Of a stretch of 64,000 bases of DNA, positions 39,096 through 49,970 are shown one piece after another. A model generated the notes under the pieces. The model was given only the letters and a program-made list of their open reading frames with translations, was not told where the DNA came from and did no database searches. The stretch is from Chara braunii (lineage: Eukaryota > Plantae > Charophyceae): positions 5,988,117-6,052,116 of the forward strand of contig BFEA01000007.1 in NCBI GenBank assembly GCA_003427395.1, given 5' to 3'. Within the stretch, counting starts at the first letter, position 1, and the number at the start of each line of letters is the position of its first letter. The translations under genes and the position numbers were made by a program.

Positions 39096-39448
39096 TGTGC
39101 CGGACCCGCAGGGATGGCGGTCCGATAGGATCGAGACGAAGAAGTACGGGAAGGAGGAAGTGGAGATGGAGCTGGAAGAGACAGCGCAGCTCTGATGCAG
39201 ACTCAACACCGCACGTACTCCAGCAAGTGCAAAAAATGATGAATGACGAAAAACAGACAACAGTTCGGGTATACCCCTAGCGGACTGACTAACTGAACTA
39301 GATTGGCCTGGTACCGACAGTGGTACTGGGCAGGACTGGAATAGCACAAAGCCTGTGGGGTCAGGCCATGGCCTGGTCCCACAGACCGAACTGGCAAATA
39401 GCCAAATATGCCCTAGTTGTAGGCCAGGGCAGATGGAGGCCCGCTGCA
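39096..39448 (-). repeat. 5' LTR of element C (353 bp)
   Basis: TG...CA termini; homologous to 27687-28811 and 49838-49970. Confidence 0.9.
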
Positions 39449-39482
39449 TTAGCTGACCTTTACTCTGCAGGGAAATTTTGTG

Positions 39483-40427
39483 TCATTTATCAAATTCATT
39501 CACGGTCTTCGGTATGACCCTGCTCCCGTCAGACCCATCTATGGTGGTTGTCTGACTTTCATCCCGCTTGTTCTTGGTGGTGGCGTTGACATGTGTCAGC
39601 CATGTCCTCCCAAGGATTGAATAATGTTCCACTGTGAAGACTGGCACCGTGGCCTCGACTCCAGCAACTATGACCTTGGCCTTATGGCACACCCCAAGTG
39701 TCGGCTGCCTCAGCTTGTTGACCGATATCATAGTCATATCGACACTCATGTCCACCTCTAGCCCAAGCTTTCGTGCTACCTTGTCTTCACAAATGGTATA
39801 CTCGGAGCCGCCATCCACTATTGCCTCCATCCTAATCCCATTTACGGTGATGTTTAACTTCTCACTACCAATGACGTAAATGTATTCGCCCTCGCCTCGA
39901 ACGGATTCTTCTTCCTTCCCTTTCTCAGCTATAAAGGTAGAGGTTTTTGCCTCCATCTTTGGGTCCCCAGAGATCGTCGTCTCTGCCAGTGGTACCTTAA
40001 CTTTCTTCATCATTCCTATCAATTCATCTCTCGCCGGCCCACAGCCGGTTATAAATTCCTTGAGGGTAATAGGGATGGGCATGTCCATTGCCCTTCTCAA
40101 TGGCTCCCTCTGGTCGACCTCATCCAACGAGTTTTTTAGTTGAAACATTTTGGCTCCTCTTTTCCTAGGGGACTGGGGTGACTTGGGTGACTCTACTTGC
40201 TCATCCATCATCGGCTGATCCAGGTCCTCTTTCCTCCTGCTACTCGATTGTCTCACCCCTTGGGTGCATGTGTAAGCCTCGCTATCGCTCGTTGTTTCCT
40301 CAAACTTAATGGAGGAAACCCCCATCCTTTGACTCTCCGGCGGTTCACCTAACTCGTCTTCAAAAGTCACTCGGGAAACTTTTGTCGCCGTCGGCACCTG
40401 CACCTGTTTCCCCTTCGCTTCATTCAT
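39483..40427 (-). pseudogene. Gag-pol linker and aspartic protease of element B
   Basis: EAIVDGGSEYTIC and ILGRTWL motifs. Confidence 0.9.
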
Positions 40428-40456
40428 TCTCCGCCTTCAAATATCCACGTTGATTT

Positions 40457-41842
40457 TCATCGAGGGTAAGAAAGGCACATGTTTCCCTTCACCAACCTTA
40501 ATTTGATGATACCTCCCTTAACCGCATCTAGTATTGTCTGGCAATCCCTCTTTCCGTGGTCCTCGTCTCCACAGTACACACATGCCTTATCATTCCAGGT
40601 TTGTCTTGGACTGGGATCTCCTTTCTCTCGACCCTCTGGTCGCGGAGCGGCCTGAATAAGAGGTTCCTCTTTTTTCAGGCTATTATTTTGTAGCTTTTTC
40701 ATTGCCGCTTTTAAAGCTTCGATCTCCTTTGTCATTTCCTCCTCACGTCTTTCGGGTTTCCTGGCTTCTATCTCGTCCCTGGCCTTCCACCTGCTATCTT
40801 TGGTGTTGGACCATTTGGACGTCTCCCACTCTCCATCGTTCTTCTTTCAATCTCCTCGGCTTCTCTTCCTCCATTCGCCATTGCCCCTCGTGGATTCTCC
40901 TTTTCTAGGGAAATTCGTATTAGTATCTCTACCTTCGACCTTAGGTATCCTATCTTCAGATTGAAGCCTTCCTCCATCTCTTCCCGTTGCCACTCCTTTC
41001 CTCGGGTTATCAAGAACTCTCGGGATATGAGCCTTTGTACTTTGCCCCTCTGTGTCGTGGGCCATGACTCTGACTTGAGCAAACGTCACACCCTTAGAGG
41101 GAAGGTCCTGCACAATTGTATCTCGCTTCTCTTGTGGTAAGGATCCTCGGAATATCCCGCACCTTTCTAGTTCTCTCATGAATCCCCCTTCCGCCAGTGG
41201 GTTAGAGGTCTTTTCGTATCTCCTCGCAAACGCTACCAGACTCTCCTCTTCTTCTTTCTTCATCTTCTTTAGGTCTTCTACCGAATAAGAAATCTCGTCA
41301 CAAGCGAAGATCCTGGTAACCCTCTCTTTGAATGTCAACCACTTACCATCGTCCGGAATGACGCTTCTTACCTCTCTGTCTATTTTTAGAGCTGTATGGT
41401 GAAGGAAATTCGCGATCATCTCTTGGTCGGTCAATTCGCCCCTTATCCCATTAACCTCCCAATCATCCAGGAATCTGGAGACGTTTTTTTTCGTGAAGAT
41501 AGTTTGAATCCCGGTCAATGCCGGTGGTTGATACACAGACCCGAAAAAGGGGGGCACATAAGACCCGAAGGCGTATGTCATAGTGTAAGGGCTTCTCCTG
41601 TAAGATTCTCCAGGAACTTCACGCCACGAGTTCCTGACTCCCGGATCAGCAAACCTTGTCGCTCTAGGCCTAGTGAAAACCTCCTTCCTCCAACTCTCCC
41701 CTTTTACATGCCGCTCTTCTAGTTCCTTCGCCCGAGCTTCCAATTCTCTTAGCGTCTTTCTAAGCTTTTTTGCGTCGCTTATTGATTCTTGCGTCTTGAC
41801 GTCGGCTCCTAACAAAGTCAGATAAGCTCCCTCGGCGTCCAT
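40457..41842 (-). pseudogene. Gag of element B
   Basis: FTKKNVSRFLDDW...WLTFKERVTRIF...ESLVAFARRYE; CVYCGDEDHGKRDC zinc knuckle; frameshifted. Confidence 0.88.
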
Positions 41843-41851
41843 CCTTCTCTT

Positions 41852-42361
41852 TTATTCCTCTAATAGTCTACTCAAAGTTGTTGAAACTCTCTCTATCGAG
41901 CTTTCCAGAACCTCCTGAAATGCTTCAAAGTCCTCCTCCCTCCCTTCAGCTCTAATAACCATGGCGGTAGACAGGGCTGCTTGCGAATAGCGAGAGTTAG
42001 CTTCTAGAGTTCTCAGGGAGACTCCGTCGACCACCACCTTAGAAAACTCTCCCAACTCCTTCACGTCTTCTCTTAACTTTTCTTTGGACGCGGTTATGGT
42101 CTCCCTCCACGTTCGGAAGATCGTCTCTTCCTCGAATGGCGTAGTTTGAATCTTAAGTCTCACCAAAAGAAGTTCGCCTGCCGCTTTCCAGATCGCGCAC
42201 TTCCTGGCCTCTATTGCTGCTTTCTTAAAGCACTCTGCTTCGTCGTTTTGATCCAACCGCTCCTCATGTACTGCCTCTACCCTAACTCGTACCAGTGATT
42301 CTTCTATCTCAGCTCGCGCGCTCAATTGGTACTTTCTCCCTCCTAACTCGTCCATAGCCAT
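41852..42361 (-). CDS. Accessory ORF upstream of gag (169 aa, helical/charged), unknown function
   Basis: Open ATG-to-stop ORF ending 9 nt before the gag ATG. Confidence 0.6.
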   Translation of the reverse strand: MAMDELGGRKYQLSARAEIEESLVRVRVEAVHEERLDQNDEAECFKKAAIEARKCAIWKAAGELLLVRLKIQTTPFEEETIFRTWRETITASKEKLREDVKELGEFSKVVVDGVSLRTLEANSRYSQAALSTAMVIRAEGREEDFEAFQEVLESSIERVSTTLSRLLEE

Positions 42362-42613
42362 TTCTCTTCCCGACTACTTCACCACAAATCTCTCCCACTC
42401 GTCAAGCCAAGAAATCGTTCCTCCAACTTACTATCATCTCCTTTTCTTCCTTATAAATAACCACAAGCGTCCCAACCTTCCTTTAAAGCGCAACTAGTCC
42501 TGGTTCGTCGGTTGAGTTTCACCACTCCTGGTACATTCCCAATAACTCCTCCATCTTACACACGGGATCCAGAAACTGCTCCACGAACGAGTTAATTTTC
42601 GCATCACTCCCTC

Positions 42614-42874
42614 TTACACGCGGGATCGTGCTTCCTGGACGGTCTCGTGTTTCAGCCATCCTTCTGACTGCACTATCACGTCATAAGTTATATGTCTTTC
42701 CGTTACTACTAAGGCAAAAAATTTAGGTCGTTCCCGCTCAATTGCTTCTTCGGCTAGATGCCTACAATTTCGTTCATCCAGGGATCTCGTTGATCTGATT
42801 CGAATAATCGACGTTATCCTTCCTGCAAAAGACACCCCATTCACTTCCTCTTCTTCGCTCACCACCCCCGGCAT
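42614..42874 (-). CDS. Small accessory ORF (86 aa), unknown function
   Basis: ATG-initiated, co-oriented within the array; no homolog seen in the window. Confidence 0.4.
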   Translation of the reverse strand: MPGVVSEEEEVNGVSFAGRITSIIRIRSTRSLDERNCRHLAEEAIERERPKFFALVVTERHITYDVIVQSEGWLKHETVQEARSRV

Positions 42875-42959
42875 CCTTCTCCGTCACGGTTGACCTCTTA
42901 CTCGCCGCCTCACTCCTTTTAACTCTTTGCACAAATTCAATCATCGTTTCTCATCCATT

Positions 42960-43379
42960 CCTTTGTAGCGATGTCAAGCTTGGCTGGGCTTTCAGTATTC
43001 CTATGAAAGGCATAACATCCGTGTTCCAAACGTTGGTTTCACCCTCCGTTTCCAATCTCATTTTCTCTTCTAAAAGGATGTCAACCGCTCGCTTCCAGCA
43101 ACTACCATACTATCGTTCCCTTTATCTAACTTTCAGAACGTTGATCCGTGTATTGTACTCGCCGAGGTCAAGAAAGGAAAACGTTAATACGCAGAGACTA
43201 TCGTGTTCAAAACCAAGTTCTTTCAGGGCCTCATATCTAGCAATCACATAAGGAAATGTTACTTCCTTATAAGACAATGAGTTTAAGGAGTCTAAAAGTC
43301 GCTTGGTCTCTTTCTTACTTAACATTCCCGCTCGCCTCCCTCGTGGGAACCAGGGTCGCAAAAGAAGAACCTCGCTCAT
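42960..43379 (-). pseudogene. Accessory-domain paralog, decayed
   Basis: FPYVIARY...VLTFSFLDLGEYNTRI resembles FPYVVENY...LVTRFIETGEYDIEF of 44115-44591; continues past a stop or frameshift. Confidence 0.6.
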
Positions 43380-43709
43380 CGGAGCCTCCGTTCTTTCACA
43401 ATTTAATTTTTTACGGCCCTCAAGATACCTAACAACCTTCCTCTGTCGTCTATAATCTCGTGCTCACCCTCTATCCCAAACAAGCCTGTGTCGAGATACA
43501 ACTCGCCTTCTTGCTCATCCAGACAGGCGGCTCCTCTTCTTATTTCAATCCTCCTGGTTCTTGAGCACCTTATCCTCCTACAAATCGAAGTTCCTAACGT
43601 ACATAGATCTTCTCATGTCCATGTTCTCAAAAGTCGGTACAGATCATCGGATATTCTCTTATCAAGATCTCGCCTCAACCCTTCCCAAATTATATTTCCA
43701 CTTTTTGGT

Positions 43710-44111
43710 CTATAGTTCCCTCCTTTGGCCATTGGCGGTCCTGTAGCACAAGATGAACTCGATCACTACTTCTTGTTTCCCATCCCTTAATGCTTCATAA
43801 GGAACCGATGGCTTCGGCAGTCGCTCAAAGGTCATTATCTTTGTACTTCTTTCTATTGGTAAATAAATTCGCATGTTGCGCACCCTTGTTCCGAGAAATC
43901 GCACGGTCATCACATAAAGGCGTACTTGTTCCCACCCGCTATCGACCGACTCGTACGCCTCAAATTCGTACGAAATCGGTTTTTTTTTTCGTAATGAACT
44001 TAGTGATGCACAAACGACCTCAGACCTTTCTCTCGGTGGTCTATTTCCTGCAAGAAACCTGTCCCTCCTTTCCTCCAACTCCTCATTCGAGATAGATCTC
44101 TCCCCACTCAT
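43710..44111 (-). CDS. Accessory-domain paralog (133 aa, probably frameshift-truncated)
   Basis: ISYEFEAY...MTVRFLGTRVRNMRIY...LPKPSVPYEALRDG; starts 3 nt after the upstream stop. Confidence 0.6.
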   Translation of the reverse strand: MSGERSISNEELEERRDRFLAGNRPPRERSEVVCASLSSLRKKKPISYEFEAYESVDSGWEQVRLYVMTVRFLGTRVRNMRIYLPIERSTKIMTFERLPKPSVPYEALRDGKQEVVIEFILCYRTANGQRREL

Positions 44112-44114
44112 TAC

Positions 44115-44591
44115 TTACCTTCCCCAACATCTCGCCTTGAACACCCTATTTATCATGGGCTCCCAGTTGCTCCCATCCAGGTAACTGCCCGGAATAGGCG
44201 GGCTAGGGATCACGTTGTATTCCCTTGGTCTTATATCTAGATTAACTATTTTCCCTTCCTTGTCCAGCCTTTTCTTATAGGCGTAGGCTATTGTTTCAGC
44301 CCAATTCCGGCATCCCCACAGCGCCCCTAACAGTCTCCTTCCTCTCCGGTTGTAAAATTCTATGTCGTACTCGCCTGTTTCTATGAATCTAGTCACCAAT
44401 TTGTAAATCGTCTCCTTTAATTTCACGTTCACGATTGCAGTGTAGTTCTCAACTACATAAGGAAAAGATTCCCCCAAGGTGAAAGGAGTCCAATCTTTCA
44501 ATAAAGCCCCTATGGCCGGATCGCTGGATGATGGCAACCCCCAATTCACTCCTTCCACCCAAACAAGCCTATCCAACAGAAGATCGGTCAT
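44115..44591 (-). CDS. Accessory-domain protein (158 aa)
   Basis: Intact ORF; aligns by eye with 59829-60370 (FPY..., TRF.E.G.YDI..Y, P.PPIP.SY.DG.NW). Confidence 0.72.
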   Translation of the reverse strand: MTDLLLDRLVWVEGVNWGLPSSSDPAIGALLKDWTPFTLGESFPYVVENYTAIVNVKLKETIYKLVTRFIETGEYDIEFYNRRGRRLLGALWGCRNWAETIAYAYKKRLDKEGKIVNLDIRPREYNVIPSPPIPGSYLDGSNWEPMINRVFKARCWGR

Positions 44592-44650
44592 TCCTAAGGT
44601 TCAAACTTACCCTATTCCCAACGTTGGGTTATCTTTCAATCTCAACCCCT

Positions 44651-46414
44651 CTAATCCTCCTCCTCCTCCGGCTCTAGAGCGTGGTAATAGGAATGCAACT
44701 CGAACGAATGTAAGAGGGGCATTATTCTATCGATGCCATCCACTTCCCGACTCCCAAACAACACCGTTAACCTTGTGATGTATAGCGGCGGCTCTTTAAT
44801 GACCTTATCAAAGTTGACCCGAAACTCAGTCGGCTGGTCTTCTCTGGGGGCTTCCCTCGAACCTCTAGGTGAAGCTGCTCTAATCAGTTCCACTAACTTT
44901 AGCGTCGCGTCGCCGAATCTAGGTCCCTCCTTCCACAACGCGTAGTACGTGTGGTGCTCGTCACTGCTCTTCAGGAGGTTCTGAATCTCCAAGAATGCCC
45001 AATGGATTTGAATTAGATGATCTAATCCCCCAAGGAATCCCTCTAAAATGAACAACGGAACAGGGAGTCTCAACGCTTCTTCAGGCTGTGACAAGAACCC
45101 CTCTAAGGCAAGACGAAGAGAGACCACTATTGATTTAAAATCTCTATCCCAACGCAGTTCCGCCTCCCGGTATTTACCAACCTCTTCCTTCAACAAGTCT
45201 CGAGCCGTCACTTCGTCCTCCCATGTATAAAGGTCGAGACTCGGTATTATTCCCCGATCAGGGTCCCTATGGCTTTGCTCTACTTCTCTGAGAACTATGT
45301 CCGCTAGCATAAAGGTTTGGTAATAGAGAAAACGTTTTACCTCTAATTCAAGTGAATCTGGTATAATTACTCTTCTTCTCCTGTCCCAGTTAAATCCTAC
45401 GGACTGTATGAGAAGCAACCAAGCCCCTGGCCTCAACAGGATCGACCTCCAAGCCCTGTCTACCTTCGCCCTGTTAGGTGTCCGGACCGCCCTCCCAGGT
45501 AAGGTAAATTTTATCCAGTCTTTGTCAATAAATTTGGGTTCTCTATATCTGAACTGACGTAACTCGACCGAATACTCTTCACCGTAGTGAGGCATTAAGT
45601 CGACAATCGGCTCTTCGATCAATATCCTGGCTCTATCTACCTCTCCTGCAGTGGTCGCTCGGCGCAGCTCCTTCCTAATTCGAAAAACAACTCTTCCAAG
45701 CTCCCTGCGCGAGGGTCCCCCCCTATCCAAGCAATATGTGACAAGCCAAGCAAGTTCGGCTATAGACGGTCTAAATTGAATAGCCTTCCAAATCACAGCC
45801 ACCAGGCTTTGGTGTGCTTTGCCGTTCCCAAATATGAACCCAGTAAGGAACCTTGGTACTACGGTATCTCTGACGGACGAGGACCTAAGGAGTTCCCAAT
45901 CGTAATCATACCGGACCCTATAATGCGCTATAGCATTTGACCCCTCCAAGAACTCGCTGAATAGTCGCGATCCGTACCTGCGTCCAAGCGATGTAAGGCA
46001 TAAAAGGGCACAATAATGTCTCACGGTATCTATGATAAAAATTTTCCACTCCTCCTCTGACAGATAGAACTTGATGTTTACTTCAGCCACAAGTGGTTCA
46101 CTCTCTCTAACTCTTCTAACACATGGCCTAGGTTGACACACAATCCTTGCCCATAGGAAAATCCCTTCCCTCACTATCAACCCTTGTTCTCTAGCATACC
46201 TGTACTTGCTCCACCCTTCTAGAGGTAGACTGACGACGTCAAGTTGACCACTCTCTTTTTTAAGATGCAGTTGGGTCTCTGACTCGATAAACACCATTCC
46301 TAATCCAGACACAACAGTCGCTCTCAATATATCCTTCCCAGTGCCCACTCTTTGACTGATGAGGTCACAGACCACCACGACAGGCCTCCATTGATCACTC
46401 CTATATCCCTTCAA
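44651..46414 (-). CDS. Large unknown ORF (587 codons), first in the accessory array
   Basis: 1.76 kb uninterrupted, non-repetitive frame between PBS and gag; true start codon uncertain; no recognised domain. Confidence 0.75.
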   Translation of the reverse strand: MKGYRSDQWRPVVVVCDLISQRVGTGKDILRATVVSGLGMVFIESETQLHLKKESGQLDVVSLPLEGWSKYRYAREQGLIVREGIFLWARIVCQPRPCVRRVRESEPLVAEVNIKFYLSEEEWKIFIIDTVRHYCALLCLTSLGRRYGSRLFSEFLEGSNAIAHYRVRYDYDWELLRSSSVRDTVVPRFLTGFIFGNGKAHQSLVAVIWKAIQFRPSIAELAWLVTYCLDRGGPSRRELGRVVFRIRKELRRATTAGEVDRARILIEEPIVDLMPHYGEEYSVELRQFRYREPKFIDKDWIKFTLPGRAVRTPNRAKVDRAWRSILLRPGAWLLLIQSVGFNWDRRRRVIIPDSLELEVKRFLYYQTFMLADIVLREVEQSHRDPDRGIIPSLDLYTWEDEVTARDLLKEEVGKYREAELRWDRDFKSIVVSLRLALEGFLSQPEEALRLPVPLFILEGFLGGLDHLIQIHWAFLEIQNLLKSSDEHHTYYALWKEGPRFGDATLKLVELIRAASPRGSREAPREDQPTEFRVNFDKVIKEPPLYITRLTVLFGSREVDGIDRIMPLLHSFELHSYYHALEPEEEED

Positions 46415-47125
46415 GATGTCAACAGGCCTAGGAAAGAACCGCCCTTTGGCGTATCTCTCCCTACCCTCATGTCAAGAAGGAGGAGGGATCAACGTGCCAT
46501 CATCGCTGGCCTCCCTCCCTCACGGCAACCTGGGCACGAGCTGGCCAACTCGTGGGCCCTAGGGTGGACCGAAGTCACACGTGAACAAGGGGTCGGTGTC
46601 TCACTCGTGAAGCCTCACTCCTATCCATGCCTCTGCTTGGCCCACCTGAGGCATGGTCTCACCCCGACATGTGTTGTGGCTCAAAACCCTCAGCTATCCA
46701 TCATAATCAACTAGCCTATCTAATCTCACCCAGCTCCTTGCAGATCTAGGGTGTTTCTCCCCTCGCCTTCAATCCCTTCAGCTCGTTCCCTGCTCGTAAT
46801 TTTCTCTTTTAGAATCAGATCAGGGTAGACTAACCACAGGGTAGAAAAGATCAGAACACCCCCTCGATCATAAGGAAAATGCAGGAAGAAAAAGCATGAA
46901 ATCACGAGAATGCAAGAATCAACGAAATCACTAGATATGTAGAAATCCAAGTCTCACCCGGGAACGTCGATCACAAGTTAGCCATTTGTCGTCCGCTCAC
47001 TTGCGCTTGCACCGCACCTGCACACACCAAGAAATGTTTGACGTAAGTGTCAAATAATAACTCCTGCTCCTAAATCCTCCTCGCCTCAGCGGTTACAGGC
47101 GGACTGAAGTCACGAGAGGCTGCCT

Positions 47126-47143
47126 TCCCCGGCAACGGCGCCA
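47126..47143 (-). promoter_or_regulatory. tRNA-Asp primer binding site of element B
   Basis: TGGCGCCGTTGCCGGGGA, 4 nt after the LTR end; the Athila-type PBS. Confidence 0.9.
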
Positions 47144-47147
47144 CTTT

Positions 47148-49837
47148 CGACCAGTAGAAGTGATCCGCCGGCGCGCCGATCGGACCCTGTACCTCGCGCT
47201 GTGTCTGTCACCCACGGGAGGGTCGATTGTGGCTCTTGTAACCTGCACAAAATTAGTTAGTCCACAATCCACACATCGAGGACTAAAGTCGACTGAATTG
47301 CAACAACAGGGCAATCAAAGTCCAACGCTTGGGAGGAACAAAATGTGTATTTCCATTTAGTCCAAAATGATAGGGTTCTCTACGCTACCTCCAACCCCAG
47401 AAGCAGATCATGTGTCCGTGTCAAGGAAATCAATCTGGGCTCCAACCGATCTCACCAATAGCCTAGGGCGTATCCTCCGCCCGATAGGGTGACGCCGGTA
47501 TCACCCCCGTTGATCCCATGGAATGGCGCTGGAGCTCTCCGTATCGGAGCTAGACTCACGGGCCCACTGGGGCCACAGCTCCAGATCGAGTCTCACCATA
47601 AGTTCGTTCACGTGACAGTGATAAGGTCTCTGACGACCTCCCTCTTGATCTGGGATACTTTGGCCAGAACTCAAAGAGAACACCAATCTGAACAGTTCCC
47701 AGTCCTATCTCGATGGTCTCGGCCTGAGTTTGAAGGTTCAAGCCTCCCAACTGCCCATCCTGGTACGAAGGCCTCTGCCTGAACTCGAATGTCCCTGCCT
47801 GGCCTCGAGTGTCCTGGACTGGTCCGATAGTCCCGGTCCTGTCAAAAGTCCCGGTCCCGCCAAAGTCCCGATCTTACCCGAAGTCCCGGTTAAAGTCCTG
47901 GTCCGATCAAAAGTTCCGGTCTCACTCAAAGTCCCGGTTAAAGTTCCGGTTCGATAAAAAAGTTATGGTTCCACTCAAAGTCTCGGTCCAATCAAAGGTC
48001 CTGGTCAAAGTCCCGGTCCGATCAAAAAGTCCCGGTTCCAATCAATGTCCCGGTCCAATCAAAGATCCTGGTCTCATTCAAAAGTCCCGGTCTTACTCGG
48101 AGTCCAGGTCCAGTCCAAAGTTCCAACCTTGCTCGATGTCCCGATCTGACTCGAAGTCCGGTCCTCGTTGGGGTCCCGATCTGGCAAATGTCCTGTTAGT
48201 GCCGCAGTGGCCCGGTTCATCGACTATCCCATCCCGATCCTGATTCGCAGCGTGCGGGCACGTGCTGGTGCACGAGGCTTTCCGCCGCGTCTCGATCCGC
48301 TGCGCGCGGGCGCACGCTGGTGTGTGAGGATGCGCGCTGGTGCGCGTGGCTTCCCCCCACGTCCCGGTCTGCTGGGCGAGAGCGGACGCTGGTGTGCACG
48401 GCTTCCCCCGCGTCCCGATCCGCTGCGCGCTGGTGCGCACGACTTTCCCCTGCGTCCTGGTCTGCTGTGCGCTGGTGCGTACGGCTTCCCCCACGTCCCG
48501 ATCCGCTGCGCGTGGGTGAGCGCTGGTGCGCGCGGCTTTCCCCCGCGTCCCAATCCGCTGCGCGCGGGTTCTCCTCGCTTCCCAATCCGCTGCGCGCGGG
48601 CGCGAGCTGGTGAGCACAACTCTCCCCCGCGTCCCAATCCGTTGTGGGCGGGTGCGTGGTGGTGCGTGCGGCCTTCCCCTGCTTCCCAATCCGCTGCGAG
48701 CGGGTGGGCGCTGGTGCGCACGGCCTAATCCTTCGCGCGCCGATGCACGCCAAGGGTGCGTGAGTGCGCGTCCACGAGTGCAGCTATGGCGCGCACCCCC
48801 ACCGGCTCTCTTCCTTCCCTTCCCGTCTCCCTCTTTCGTTCGTCTCTCCTCTCGGTCGCTCCTCCGCTAGTGTGTCCGAGTGCTTTGCCCGTGGCTCCCG
48901 AGCTCCTCCTGGTCGCTTTTCCTCTAGTGCGTTTGTAGTGCGCATTTAAGGGCGCATGTCCCCAGTCCCGGGCGCTCCTGTGTGCCTGCACGTGCGCAAG
49001 TGAGAACTCCCGAGCATCCGTAGTGCACCCGTAGGTGCGCATGACCGAAGTCCCCCCTTGGGCCGAGTTGGGCTTATAAAGTTTGTTGGACCCACCTCCA
49101 CGAGGCTGTGTCGCAGGAGACGAGAAGTTTGCAGCGCCCCGGTACCGTGGCTTTCCTGAACCTGTACCCGGGCCTGTTTGGGCCCTGAAAAGTTTTCAGC
49201 GAAGGGGGCATTTTCGTCGAGTAAAGGGCCTTTTGCAGCGCCCTGGTACCGGGCCTCCTCTCGAACCTAGGTCCAGGCCTGCCTTCTCGTGGCCCCCATA
49301 TGAGAGGTACCGGGTCTTTTAGAATTTCGCAGGCCAAACCCCGGAATTGATAATTCTATGGCCCTTTTTCCCCGCCTTAGGCTTGCGCGTCCTGGCCCTA
49401 AACGTGCTTGAGCAACAATCCCTTCTTTGTTTTACATTCACGATGAGCCTCGGTGCCGATTGCCAATTAGTTCCCTTGAGGGTCTGCCTTAAAGGCCCAA
49501 AGCCCTTCTTGTTTGGCCCATCGCCCAGGCACTTAAGGTAAGCCTGGTCTCCTCATTCCCATCCGTCTTTCGTAGCCTCCGATCTCCCTCTGCAATAACC
49601 ACTCCTTCGTATTTTGGCAATGATGGGTCTCAATAGTGCGCGTAAGAAGGGCGCTCACCCAGAACTCAGGGATCCGCTTCTTCTCAATGCCTTGGTCTCG
49701 ACTCTTGTCACGTGAATTTGATACTGTATCTTTTGGTGTTGGTCGCGATCCCGCCAGGTAAACTGACCAACTCCAGCTCCCGTAAAGTGTCATCCTCAAG
49801 GAAGTAAAGGGCGGCGTAAGGCTAGAGCCGCCCAACA
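47148..49837 (-). repeat. Putative 5' LTR of element B (~2.7 kb)
   Basis: Bounded by the PBS on one side and a TG terminus cutting into a C-family LTR on the other. No partner LTR in the window. Confidence 0.7.
47820..48725. repeat. Two adjacent degenerate minisatellites (AAAGTCCCGGTC-type, then GC-rich CGCTGGTGCGC/CCCGATCCGCTG-type)
   Basis: Motif reiteration visible; switch near 48245. Confidence 0.85.
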
Positions 49838-49970
49838 CCGGACAGGACTGGACTGGACTGGAACAGCACACGGCCTGTGGGGTCAGGCCATTTCATGGTC
49901 CCATACGCCGAACTGGCAAATAGCCAAATAGGTCATGGCTGTAGGCAAGGGCAGATGGAGGCCCGCTGCA
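49838..49970 (-). repeat. Partial LTR of the element C family (insertion target of B)
   Basis: Matches the segment ~39325-39448, ending GCCCGCTGCA. Confidence 0.85.

Larger units (their letters stand above)
27687..39448 (-). mobile_element. Chromovirus-type Gypsy element C with short LTRs, nested in pol of B
   Basis: LTRs TGTGCCGG...CCGCTGCA at both ends; TSD GTAGC/TTAGC (1 mismatch); degenerate iMet PBS; gag-PR-RT-RH-INT-chromodomain on the minus strand. Confidence 0.88.
26167..49837 (-). mobile_element. Athila/Tat-like Gypsy element B (5' LTR, tRNA-Asp PBS, accessory ORF array, gag, PR, RT, truncated RH)
   Basis: LTR starts TGTTGG at 49837, PBS at 47126-47143, domains in Gypsy order. Split by element C; truncated within RNase H. 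Confidence 0.85.

Noticed and set aside
47126-47143. tRNA-Asp gene (also 59635-59652)
   Set aside because: Only the 18-nt 3' end is matched, adjacent to an LTR end, so it is a PBS.
47730-49042. Overlapping 100-200 aa ORFs on both strands
   Set aside because: GC-rich minisatellite lacking stops; the products are low-complexity.
11271-49837. A single intact element with LTRs at 11271-25600 and 47148-49837
   Set aside because: The two LTRs are non-homologous, the flanks (CACGG vs CCGGA) are not a TSD, and there is an abrupt junction at ~26166.
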